Below the pieces are notes generated by a model that worked only from the letters and a program-made list of their open reading frames with translations, did no database searches and was not told where the DNA came from. The translations under genes and the position numbers were made by a program. DNA of 64,000 bases from an uncultured delta proteobacterium (lineage in GTDB: Bacteria > Desulfobacterota > WTBG01 > CAIYCZ01 > CAIRTM01). The stretch covers positions 32,001 to 96,000 of the forward strand of contig CAWDSQ010000013.1 in assembly GCA_963804955.1 (NCBI GenBank), written 5' to 3'. Shown piece after piece: positions 1-9,716 of this stretch; positions within the stretch are counted from its first letter, which is position 1; every line of letters begins with the position of its first letter.

Positions 1-2
1 TA

Positions 3-248
3 AAAGTAAGCTTCGCTCCGGAAATAGCTGGTTATATTGAAGAAAAAATCTGGCATGAAAGTCAGAAGATTTACCGCAATAAGAACGGTTCCATTATTTT
101 CGAGGCAACTGTGGCAGTCAATGAAGAGCTTGAAAACTGGGTGCTCAGCTGGGGCGCGAAAGCCCGGGTGCTTGAACCAGAGTCGCTGAAAGTACGAATG
201 CGGCAGGAAGCTGAAAAAATGGCCCTTGCCTACACAATTGATAAATAG
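3..248 (+). CDS. C-terminal part (WCX-like domain) of a WYL-domain transcriptional regulator; 5' end outside window
   Basis: Hand translation, not in ORF track: KVSFAPEIAGYIEEKIWHESQKIYRNKNGSIIFEATVAVNEELENWVLSWGAKARVLEPESLKVRMRQEAEKMALAYTIDK*. WH.SQ and WVLSWG..A.VLEP..L are typical of PafC/WYL C-termini. Confidence 0.85.
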   Translation, partial: KVSFAPEIAGYIEEKIWHESQKIYRNKNGSIIFEATVAVNEELENWVLSWGAKARVLEPESLKVRMRQEAEKMALAYTIDK

Positions 249-423
249 AAGTGTTATGAATGCTGAACTGCACATGTAGCGCTGTACTATGGAATTTCGG
301 GCAGACAATCATAGGCGCAAGATAGTGCGATCATAGACTTCATAGTCAGGTGTCACGCCTCACCTCCATTTCAGCAGCCGTGGCAGGTTGACCGTCTGCC
401 CAGCAGGGCTCCCTATTTCAACC

Positions 424-452
424 TTGACACCCAATCGCCCTCATTTTATATT
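424..452 (+). promoter_or_regulatory. sigma70-type promoter for PilZ gene
   Basis: TTGACA (424-429), 17 bp spacer, TATATT (447-452), 63 nt upstream of ATG 516. Confidence 0.65.
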
Positions 453-515
453 CTTAACAGCACAAATCGAGTTCACATCAATAAACTCTACATTCTGTAA
501 AAAGGTGGATTAAAA

Positions 516-941
516 ATGGCAGTTAATGACTTTATAACAAGAGACAGACGACATAATGAACGTACAAGAGTTCGTTTAAACGGCAGATTCTTCATCAAGG
601 GATTAAACATAGAATATGAAGACTGCGTAATGATTAATGTGTCACGGACCGGAATTGCTCTGAAGACTACAACTCTCAGTTTTAATTTAAAAGAACCAAA
701 AACCGGAGTTGCTGTGAGAACAGAAATTGCTAAGTTTGATGTAAGTGGCTTAAGAAATAAAATCATGTATGTTGATGTATACCCGCTTCTTGGGTCAATG
801 GAAACAATAACTTTTTATGGGGAGATTACAAGAGTCTCCAAGCAAAAAGACAGGATTTATTTTGCCATACATTTCAGCAAAATAATTGATAATCCTACTT
901 TTCTGAGGCTTGCAGAGGTTCAAAGGAAAGTGGACGGATAG
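516..941 (+). CDS. PilZ-domain (c-di-GMP receptor-like) protein
   Basis: RRHNER (RxxxR) and INVSRTG ([D/N]xSxxG) motifs. Confidence 0.75.
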   Translation: MAVNDFITRDRRHNERTRVRLNGRFFIKGLNIEYEDCVMINVSRTGIALKTTTLSFNLKEPKTGVAVRTEIAKFDVSGLRNKIMYVDVYPLLGSMETITFYGEITRVSKQKDRIYFAIHFSKIIDNPTFLRLAEVQRKVDG

Positions 942-1326
942 AGGAAATAGCTACAAGACGGTTGCAGGTTATAATGATCCTAACGAAAAAGAACTGTATG
1001 CAACCTGAAACCAGGCAAAACCCGGAATCTTTTTTCAAAAAACTCAAAAAAAACACCCTCCGTAAAATCACCGCAGAGGAAAAGATTCCATACTGCCTGA
1101 AGACCTCACAGGCAAAGACAGCATCACTGAAAACTGTCACCGTGAGGGTTGAGACATACTGGTATTTAATTTAAGCGGAAACTCAAGTATCAATACACGC
1201 TTTACAAAAATCATGGCGCCACTTCTGCGAAAGCCAACTAAGGGTAGCAGGTTTTGCTCTGTATGCTTAGCAACAGCCAGGATACACAACATTTTGTTGA
1301 TAAAATTTGCAATTAAGGGGCTCTGG

Positions 1327-2791
1327 ATGAGCATCAGTCTGTATCGAAAGATTTTTTTTACTTCAATCCTGTTCACGATACTACTATTCGCCTGCGGCGA
1401 CACCCGCCACTGCATCTGAGAAAAAAGCTACGGCACAGTCTGCAGACATAGCTGCATTTAGTGAGCTGCAAAAAAAAGCTGCTGCTGGTAATGCAGATGC
1501 ACAATGCCGACTCGGTGATGCATATTACAATGGAGAGGGTGCAACCCAGGATACAAAGAAAGCTTTGGAATGGTTTAAGAAAGCAGCAGAGCAGGAAAAT
1601 CCTGCTGCGCAGTATAGTCTTGCTCTTTGTTATGCTAATGGCGATGGCGTTCCCAAGGACATGGCTAAGGCTATTGAATTATATCAAAAAGCAGCAGACC
1701 AGGGAAATGCTGATGCGCAGTATATTCTTTCTCTTTGTAAGTATGGCGACGGGGCTCCTAAGGAGATGCATCGTGCTAGTGAGCTCTATCAAAAAGCCGC
1801 AGACCAGGGGAATGCAGATGCACAGTATAGTCTTGCTCTTTGTTATGCTACTGGAGATGGCATCCCCAAGGACATGGCCAAAGCTATTGAATTCTATCAG
1901 AAAGCCGCAGACCAGGGGAATGCAGGTGCACAGTATAGTCTTGCTCTTTGTTATGCTACTGGCTATGGCATCCCCAAGGACATGGCCAAGGCTATTGAGT
2001 TCTATCAGCAAGCCGCAGACCAGGAGAATGCAGGTGCGCAGTTGATGCTTGCAATTTGTTATAAGTATGGCGATGGGGTTTCCAAGGACATGGCCAAAGC
2101 CATTGAACTCTATCAGAAGGCCGCAGACCAGGGAAATCCTGCTGCACAGTATAGTCTTGCTCGTTGTTATGCTCATGGAGATGGAGTCCCCAGGGACATG
2201 GCTAAGGCTATTGTGTTATATCAGATGGCTGCAGACCAGGGAAATCCTGCTGCGCAGAATATGCTTTCTCTTTGTAAGTATGGCGATGGGATTCCTGAGG
2301 AAATGCCTAAGTCCATTGAGTTATATCAGAAAGCTGCAGATCAGGGAAATGCAGGCGCGCAGTATAGTCTTGCTCTTTGTTATGCTCATGGAGATGGGGT
2401 TCCCAAGGATATGAAAAAGGCCGTCGAATGGTACCAAAAAGCCGCAGACCAGGGAAATCCTGCTGCGCTGAATAGTCTTGCTGTTTGTTATAAGAATGGC
2501 AATGGGGTTCTCCGGGATATGAAAAAAGCTGTCGAATGGTGTAAAAAGGCAGCAGCGCAGGGACACTCTCGCGCCCAAAGTAACCTTGCCGTATATTACG
2601 CAATTGGGGATGCTGTGCCAAAAGATACAGTTCTTGCCTATGCATGGATTAACCTTTCAATGGCCGAGAGGCAAGATAAAAGAGTTGCTGATATTCGTAA
2701 TTATTTTACAAAAGGGATGACACAATCTCAGATTGCAGAAGCACAACGTCTTTCCTCTTCATGGGTAAAGGGGACCATATTGAAGCGTTAA
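1327..2791 (+). CDS. Secreted Sel1-like repeat protein (about 11 repeats); frameshift near 1385-1405
   Basis: Signal peptide MSISLYRKIFFTSILFTILLFA starts at 1327; the +1 frame continues ATASEKK...GNADAQCRLGDAYYNGEG into ORF 1565..2791 with repeats of GNxxAQYSLALCYxxGDGVPKDMAKAIELYQKAADQ. Confidence 0.9.
1487..2660 (+). repeat. Tandem 108-nt (two 105-nt) coding repeats of the Sel1 protein
   Basis: Recurring gcagaccagggaaat...cagtatagtcttgctctttgttatgct...cccaaggacatggc units. Confidence 0.9.
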
Positions 2792-3160
2792 GGCATCAGA
2801 AGTGCTGCACCCCCAACCTCCAGAGGTGCGCAATCAAAACGAGCAACAGGAACGGCTTTTATTGTCAATATTTACGGGTATATGCTGGCTAATCATCTTA
2901 TGAAATAATTACGTAATAATCCAGAGTTTGCATATAAGAGCCGTAATGTGTTATTTGTCGGCTATCTATCATTCAATTGTAGGTTTTCTCATACCACAGG
3001 TTGAACACCCCTCCTCCGCTGTAAATCATATACTCAAACATTAATTTCCAAAAACAGCAGCCATAAAGAACTTAAAAATAAATTTTATTTAGTTTTTGAC
3101 CTTATATGACAAAACCTGCGGCTATAAAAGAAGCATACAATAACCCTATATGGAGGCCGT

Positions 3161-3382
3161 ATGAGAAAGTATCTGTATCTATTTTGGGGGTTGGTGCTTG
3201 CTGGTATAATAATACTCACAGCGGCGTACCCCGAGTGCAGACAGGCTGCCAACCTGCAGTATCCAACAAACCTTGACTATTCTGTGTATGATCAGAACGG
3301 AGCGTGCGTGTTCGTGAGAGGCGGTGGTCTGGATGCTCACATGAGCGCTATGGGCAGGCCTGCTGACCAAAGCCGGTTATAA
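3161..3382 (+). CDS. Small hypothetical protein with N-terminal hydrophobic segment (possibly a remnant)
   Basis: GGAGG RBS just upstream of ATG; hydrophobic N-terminus. Confidence 0.4.
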   Translation: MRKYLYLFWGLVLAGIIILTAAYPECRQAANLQYPTNLDYSVYDQNGACVFVRGGGLDAHMSAMGRPADQSRL

Positions 3383-3399
3383 GCTTCCCCTGTGGCCTT

Positions 3400-5421
3400 T
3401 CAGGATAAGACGCATTGCCGTTCAAGTACAGCCGGGTCAGTGACCGGTGGCAGGCAGCTGCCTGGGGTGCAGATATATGCTGCAGCACGCCCGTCAAGAG
3501 CTCTGCAGGTTTTCATGTGCGGGGCAAGCTCTGTCATGTCATTATGCCCGCTTCCGCACAGCGCCAGAGTCGCAAAGGGATTAAAGCCCTGCGCAGCTCT
3601 CAGCAGCTCAGCTATGCCAGTGCCGGCTGCCAGTACAATGGTAGTGCCGCCATGCCTGAGATAGACATCCGCGCACAGCAGGCCCGTATAGGCAGCGGGA
3701 TAGGCGTTCATATCTCCGGACAGTGCTTCACGTATCCGCTCCGCAGCGCTGCCGAAAGCCTCGTTATGGGTCACGGCAGCCAGCCGGGCAAGCGTCAGGG
3801 CTGCAACGGCATTGCCCGAGGGCAGAGCCCCGTCATGTTTGTTTTTCCCGCGAACAGGCAAGTCCTCCACGTCGTGGCCGGAAAGAAACAGGCAGCCGTC
3901 GGTATCATCGTGAAACAGCCCCAGCATGCTGCCTGCAAGCTGTATGGCAGCAGCAAGCCAGCGCGGCTGCAATGTTGCCTGATACAGCTCAAACACCCCC
4001 CAGAGCACGTAGGCATAGTCATCAGAGGTGGCCGGATGCCGCAGCGCTCCGTCACGCAGGCTGGCGTGCAAGCGGTTATCATGAAACATGTTCTCAAGGA
4101 CAAAATGGCCTGTTTTTTCAGCTGCCGCAATATACTCGGGATCATGCATCAGGCGGCCCGCGGTAGCCAGGGCAGCAAGCATAAGGCCGTTTACAGCGGC
4201 GAGCACTTTGTCGTCTTTGAGCGGCGGTACGCGCTTTTCACGATACTGCCGCAAAGCAGGGAAGCAGCGCTCCGCAAAAGCCGCATCGTCTGCCGTCGGG
4301 TTGCAGCGCAGAAGGTTCGGGATGCTTTTGCCTTCGAAATTGCCCTGCGGGGTAATGTCAAAAAGAGCGCAGAAGCGGCGGCCGTCGTCAGGGCCTAAAA
4401 CTTTTTTTATTTCAGACGGCGTAAAGACATAGTACCTGCCCTCCTCCCCCTCGCTGTCGGCATCCTGGGCCGTATAAAAGCCGCCGCCGGCATGAGCCAT
4501 TTCCCTGAAGCAATAATCCAGAATCCGTCGGGCCGTTACAAAAAAGCTCTGTTCAATGGCTGCACCGGCCTCGCAGCAGGCTATGGTCAGCATGGCATTG
4601 TCATACATCATTTTTTCAAAATGCGGCACCAGCCACCGCTCATCGGTCGAGTAGCGGGAAAAGCCGCCGCCGATATGGTCCCAGATGCCGCCGCGCTGCA
4701 TGGCCTTGAGTGTGGCTGCAACCATATCTGCCGCCTGTTGTTTTTTGTACAGCAGGTGATACCGGATGAGAAACAGCAGGTTGTGGGCTGAGGGGAATTT
4801 GGGTGCACCACCGAAACCGCCGTATTTTTTGTCAAAAGAGGCTTCAAGCTGCTGAAAGGCCAGGTGAGAAAGATTTTCTGAAGATCCCGTGAGCGTTGGT
4901 GTATTGCTTTGTAACAGGTGGCGAATTATGTCGTCAGATGCAGCCAGCAGCCGCTGCCTGTCCTGCTGCCACATATCAGCTAAGGTGTCGAGAATTGACA
5001 TAAAGCCGCGTATGCCATAGCTGTCGTTTTTGGGAAAATAGGAGCCGGCAAAAAAAGGCTTTTTATCAGGTGTCAAAAAGCAGGAAAGGGGCCACCCTCC
5101 CCTGCCGGTCAGGGCGGTACAGGCGCTCATGTAGAAATGGTCGATGTCGGGCCGTTCCTCGCGGTCGACTTTGATGCTGACAAAATGACGGCTTAAAAGA
5201 CCGGCAACTTCGTCATCCTCAAAGCTTTCCCGCTCCATGACATGGCACCAGTGGCAGGTCGAATACCCGATGCTTAAAAAAACCGGAACATCCCGACGTT
5301 TGGCCTCGGCAAATGCTTCATCTCCCCATGGATACCAGTCAACCGGGTTATGGGCATGCTGTAAAAGATAGGGCGATTGCTCGTTGATGAGTCTGTTTGT
5401 AGTCTCGTTCATTGATCGCAA
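3400..5421 (-). CDS. Thioredoxin-domain protein of the YyaL/DUF255 (SSP411) family
   Basis: [63 protein letters not shown]. Confidence 0.95.
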   Translation of the reverse strand: MRSMNETTNRLINEQSPYLLQHAHNPVDWYPWGDEAFAEAKRRDVPVFLSIGYSTCHWCHVMERESFEDDEVAGLLSRHFVSIKVDREERPDIDHFYMSACTALTGRGGWPLSCFLTPDKKPFFAGSYFPKNDSYGIRGFMSILDTLADMWQQDRQRLLAASDDIIRHLLQSNTPTLTGSSENLSHLAFQQLEASFDKKYGGFGGAPKFPSAHNLLFLIRYHLLYKKQQAADMVAATLKAMQRGGIWDHIGGGFSRYSTDERWLVPHFEKMMYDNAMLTIACCEAGAAIEQSFFVTARRILDYCFREMAHAGGGFYTAQDADSEGEEGRYYVFTPSEIKKVLGPDDGRRFCALFDITPQGNFEGKSIPNLLRCNPTADDAAFAERCFPALRQYREKRVPPLKDDKVLAAVNGLMLAALATAGRLMHDPEYIAAAEKTGHFVLENMFHDNRLHASLRDGALRHPATSDDYAYVLWGVFELYQATLQPRWLAAAIQLAGSMLGLFHDDTDGCLFLSGHDVEDLPVRGKNKHDGALPSGNAVAALTLARLAAVTHNEAFGSAAERIREALSGDMNAYPAAYTGLLCADVYLRHGGTTIVLAAGTGIAELLRAAQGFNPFATLALCGSGHNDMTELAPHMKTCRALDGRAAAYICTPGSCLPPVTDPAVLERQCVLS

Positions 5422-5471
5422 TCCGCGCTACAGAATTTGAAGCAATTACCAGGACAGGCCGTTTGGCTGCA

Positions 5472-6523
5472 TCACTGAATCAATACCGCCAGCCATGAAG
5501 CTCCTGACTGCAGAGCCTTGCGAAGAAGCGGACGCTGCTCCAGAACTGCGATAAGCCGCGGGCTCAAGCGGTAATAGAGCGATATGACCTTCCGGCCTGC
5601 GGCAGATCCTGCCAGATGCCTGTCGCGAAAACTCCGCAGTGCCGCAAGTCCGGCATCATCGGCGTCAAGCACATAGGCTGCCGCGCAGGTGCTGCGGTCA
5701 ATGATGGTGATATCCTGTCCCTGAAACCGCAAAGTAAAAGGCAGCGACAAGTCCCACGACAAAGGCAGTTCATAGATGGCGCCTGTGATAGCGCCTCCAG
5801 CCTGTATTTCCCTGTTGCAGTCCGGGCAGTAAAGTATTGCGGAAGTGCTATTGTCGGCCCAATAGGACAGCGAGGTCACGGTATGTACACCCTGGAAAAG
5901 AGTAATATCTTCAGGAACAAGCGTAATGGCGCCATTAGTAACCAGCGCATTGAAATAAACGGCTTTTTTTTCACCATAGTTTACGATCCATGCGCAGAAG
6001 TCCATCGAGTTGTGAGTCAGGAATCCAAAAAATCCTTTTGTCCTGAAGGAGGCACAGGTAGCATTGTCGGGCACGCTGTCGGAAAGCTCGGGCATGGCAA
6101 GCCGGGGCTCCTGCGGAATATCAAAAAATATTTGCTCGGTGAACGAGAGGCTTATAAAATATGCGAAAAGCCTTTTCCGGATGAAACCAGCCCGGGAAAT
6201 TGGTAGATAACCGCTTCACCCACCATACCAGTATACAGGGGATTGCAGTTTTCATATCCGGGACGGTACATTATATATGCCACCGTATCGTCGCCGGGCT
6301 TTGCTTTGCCCCCTGACAACTCCATTCCCCCGCCATCAAGTTGAACAATGTAAAAGTCCTGCAAGCAGAAAGAACCCTGGTTGTCGGACCTCACAGAAAC
6401 TCTTATAAGGTCAGTATAAACCGTCCAGGAAGTGCTCAGGCCGGGCTCTATTTCCCAGTCATATGTCTGGGCCTGCGCGCTTAAAGCTGTTAACATCAGG
6501 AGTATTACGACCAGTTTTTTCAT
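5472..6523 (-). CDS. Secreted protein with C-terminal CFI-box-CTERM-like domain; frameshifted around 6120-6200
   Basis: Signal peptide MKKLVVILLMLTALSAQA (ORF 6152..6523) joins ORF 5472..6095, which ends CAAAYVL...LAALRSFRDRHLAGSAAGRKVISLYYRLSP. Confidence 0.7.
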
Positions 6524-6831
6524 ATTTCACCTCATATATGAAATTAACACTTCACGACTCGTTATGCCAGCAGCCACACCAAAAAAAATAAGTGTCCGTT
6601 CATGTAAGCATACTTTTTTAAGCATCAACCGGCGACAAGAAGTAACAATCAATATATATTGTAGATTCAGTTTTTTTCAATACTATTTTCCAAACGGAAA
6701 TAAAAAAGGGCCTCAAAGGCCCTCATCAAAATAACTTTTGTCACTTGATTAAAGAATATATTCAAAAAAACGCCCGCAGCATACCTGCTGCAGGCGTTTT
6801 GTAAAATGGACGGATGGTCCATTGTTGAATT

Positions 6832-6870
6832 AAAAAAAAGGACGCTTCCCTCAGATGAGGGAAGCGTCCT
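6832..6870 (-). terminator. Rho-independent terminator of the 875-aa gene
   Basis: aggacgcttccctca-ga-tgagggaagcgtcct perfect stem next to an A-run (U-tail on minus strand), 10 nt past the stop. Confidence 0.85.
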
Positions 6871-6879
6871 GTCTAACAA

Positions 6880-9507
6880 TTACTGACAGTACCCGGTACA
6901 GATCGGGCTATTGACAAAACCGCTGCCGCCGCCAAATGTGCAGCCGATAGACGGCATGCCGAAGGCATACCAGTTCTTGCCGCTTGACGAGAACGTGCAG
7001 CGGGTGGAACCGCTGATCATGGCGCGCTCAACCTGGCAGCTGTTGCCTCGGGTACACACGCAGTTGGCAGCACCATTGCCTGTTGCAAGGCAGGCGGCCT
7101 GAATGGCTGCCTGGTCATTGGGCCAGCCATTGCATTCCGGGAAGTCGGCGCAGGAGTCTGCGGCATAATCATTGCTAAAACGGCAGCCCCATACGGTGCT
7201 GTCATCGGGGATGGGCTGACCAGTGCCGCAGGTCGGACACTGGGCAGCAGTTGCCGCACAGGAGCCGTCGGCGCAGCGGGCAGGCGTATCAGCCTGGCAG
7301 CACTGGGTGGAGTTGGCAACACACTCTCCGTTGCTCGGGCACTCATAGGGAAATGCAGGATCAGGGCAGGCCTGAGGTGTGCATTCGCCGTTTTCGCACT
7401 TGTCGAGTGTTACATCCATGGTGATATTCTGCTGCGGTCCTCCGCCAAGAGTAACAGGCGGCGCCGTGGTTCCCCAGATATAGTCGCCATCCTGCGGCAG
7501 GGGCGGCCATGCTGTGGAGTAGTACAAGCCCACATACAGCTGGTAATCGCCGGCCAAGCAGCTTTCGCGATAGTAGGTACAGCCGGGCACGGCCATGGTG
7601 TAGGGCTGATCATCATTGATGGCAGGATTCTGCACAACATTATAATCAGTTCCTCCGTCGGGCGGGCCGGCCGGCATGCCTGTCCAGCCGTCAGCCGTGT
7701 ACCAGAATGCCATGAGCTGCGCCGGAGGCGTGGTGAGATGCTCGGGCACACGGATCGTGACTGTCAGCTGGTCGCACTGGTCGCACACATCCGTGGGCGG
7801 GGGAGACGCAGTGAACTGCGTGCTTTCGCACGGACCCCAGCAGGTGCCTTCAACATTACAAACCTGAGCGCCGGTCTTACCGTTTGATGCTGCGCACTGC
7901 CTGGTGGTGTTCGGCGTACAGGCTGCTGATTCTAAACAGGTTACCGGTGTCGTGGCGGTCTCGCGGATGCAGCGGACTTCTGCAAGACTGTTCAGATGGT
8001 TATAGGTAACGCCGCCGATGTCAAACAGAACGCTCGCGATCCAGTCTTGCCTGTCCGGGTTGGAGGCAGCGCCTTCAGCCCAGTACTCAAGAGCGTGAAT
8101 GCCCTGCGTGCCGGGATCGGGCCTGTGGCAGGAGCCGGTCAGCTCGGCGGGCCAGTAACAGCCCTCTACCCCGGGGCCGCCGGCATCAACGGAGCCGAGG
8201 CAGTCAGAATCCTGTCCGGCTTCAAAAGTACTGCCGTCAACCATGGGGCACTCGCCGCCGGTCATGGTGGCTGTATTTCCTCTGATCAGGCTTCTCAACT
8301 GGTCAATATTGGGCAGTTTCCAGTCATCATAGCCCATGGTGACCAGCTCCTCGCAATAACGAACGGCATCATAGGATACAATGCCGCCGTAATTCGAGGC
8401 GAGCGCGTCTTTCTGCGGATCCTGCCAGCAAATGCTGGTTGCGGGATCACACCATGGCTTATAGTAGGTGCATTGACAGGCATCCCAGCCGGAATTATCA
8501 GCTTTGCGGTACTGAACGCTGGTGCCGCCGTCGGGGCAGAAGCAGGCCTGGCTGCCCACATACTTGATGATGGCGCCGGCATTGCCGACTGCATAGATTT
8601 CATTGCCCGACACGCCCCAGATGCCGTTGAGCTGCTGGGTGGTGGGAACGGTTATTTTTGACCATGTGGAGCCGTCAAAGCGCATCACCGTGCCGCTTGC
8701 GCCGACCGCGTACACGTTGTTCATGGCCGTTCCCCACACAGCGCGCAGGTTTGCCGTGGTATTGCTGGTCATCTTTGCCCAGTTGCCGCCGTTTACGCGG
8801 CGCAGGATGGTGCCGCCGTCGCCAACAGCAAAAAGATTGTTATAGTCAAGGCCCCAAATGCCACGCAGATTGTTGGTAACAGGGGATGTCCACTTGTCAA
8901 GATTATTATGGCCCCAGAAATCATAGCCTTCATACCAGGCAAGAAACCCTTTATCGCCGACAACAACAACTTCGCCCGCAGGTGATGTCCAGGCGGCATT
9001 GAGATTATTGCTGTACTCATGCTGTTCCTGGGATCTGAAGCTGCTCTCGTTGCCGTCGAGTATATTGTAATACTGCGGAACAAACAGCACCCAGATAGTG
9101 TTGTTTTTACCGATGGCTATCATTTTGCCGTTATCCGAGTCAGGGCCACCGATGCCATATAGCGGATAATTGGTTGATTGGCTGTGAATTTTGCTCCAGG
9201 TGCTGCCGTCGCTTCTGAAGATGCCCCGGTAGTCGCCGACAGCATAAATATTGTTTGTGCGCACAGCCCAGACATTATTTAAATTCCAAGTAGTACCCGA
9301 TGCCTGAGCGCTCCAGGTAGTTCCGTTACACTTCAGGATCGTTCCCGAGGCTCCCACTGCATAGATGATCTCATCGGAAATTCCTGAAATGCTGTTCAGG
9401 TTGTTCGTTGTGCCCGAGGGCATAAACTCCCAGGCACCTTGGGCAAAAGCCGCACCTGTAAGCATAAAGCTGAAAATTAATGCAATAAAATATATTTTTT
9501 TACTCAT
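6880..9507 (-). CDS. Large secreted modular protein: beta-propeller-type repeats, DUF1566/Lcl-like domain, Cys-rich regions
   Basis: Signal peptide; repeats NLxxVWG..NNxYAVGxxGTI...GxTW; AVRYCEEL..GYDDWKLPNIDQLRSL...VRCIR; many Cys pairs. Confidence 0.8.
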   Translation of the reverse strand: MSKKIYFIALIFSFMLTGAAFAQGAWEFMPSGTTNNLNSISGISDEIIYAVGASGTILKCNGTTWSAQASGTTWNLNNVWAVRTNNIYAVGDYRGIFRSDGSTWSKIHSQSTNYPLYGIGGPDSDNGKMIAIGKNNTIWVLFVPQYYNILDGNESSFRSQEQHEYSNNLNAAWTSPAGEVVVVGDKGFLAWYEGYDFWGHNNLDKWTSPVTNNLRGIWGLDYNNLFAVGDGGTILRRVNGGNWAKMTSNTTANLRAVWGTAMNNVYAVGASGTVMRFDGSTWSKITVPTTQQLNGIWGVSGNEIYAVGNAGAIIKYVGSQACFCPDGGTSVQYRKADNSGWDACQCTYYKPWCDPATSICWQDPQKDALASNYGGIVSYDAVRYCEELVTMGYDDWKLPNIDQLRSLIRGNTATMTGGECPMVDGSTFEAGQDSDCLGSVDAGGPGVEGCYWPAELTGSCHRPDPGTQGIHALEYWAEGAASNPDRQDWIASVLFDIGGVTYNHLNSLAEVRCIRETATTPVTCLESAACTPNTTRQCAASNGKTGAQVCNVEGTCWGPCESTQFTASPPPTDVCDQCDQLTVTIRVPEHLTTPPAQLMAFWYTADGWTGMPAGPPDGGTDYNVVQNPAINDDQPYTMAVPGCTYYRESCLAGDYQLYVGLYYSTAWPPLPQDGDYIWGTTAPPVTLGGGPQQNITMDVTLDKCENGECTPQACPDPAFPYECPSNGECVANSTQCCQADTPARCADGSCAATAAQCPTCGTGQPIPDDSTVWGCRFSNDYAADSCADFPECNGWPNDQAAIQAACLATGNGAANCVCTRGNSCQVERAMISGSTRCTFSSSGKNWYAFGMPSIGCTFGGGSGFVNSPICTGYCQ

Positions 9508-9716
9508 AATAACCCCGCCTTAAAATTTATTTTATAATAAATGGAACGCCTTTCGGGTTGCGGCTTTCACAATAATACCGCTGCAAATTAACACCTCCTT
9601 TCATGCCCAGGAATTGAAGAAAAAGTTGTTTTTGCAATTACCTTCAAGTATGGCAGAGGGATACTATGATTACAACACCCTTAAATTACGCAATTAATAC
9701 GTAATATAAATAGGTA

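Noticed and set aside
1096..1165. Hammerhead ribozyme (CUGAAGA followed by a stem)
   Set aside because: The GAAA core is absent (GAGA) and stems I/III cannot be formed convincingly.
1565..2660. Regular ~108-bp repeats as a CRISPR array or DGR
   Set aside because: They are in-frame Sel1 coding repeats with no unique spacers; no cas or reverse transcriptase gene is present.
2998..3022. ggttgaacacccctcctccgct as a tRNA 3' remnant or att site
   Set aside because: Only loosely tRNA-like, lacks TTCGA, and there is no partner repeat or integrase in the window.
3415..4398. Long antisense ORFs (also 24600..25604, 55509..56549, 50412..51281)
   Set aside because: Shadows of well-supported opposite-strand genes with no recognisable motifs.
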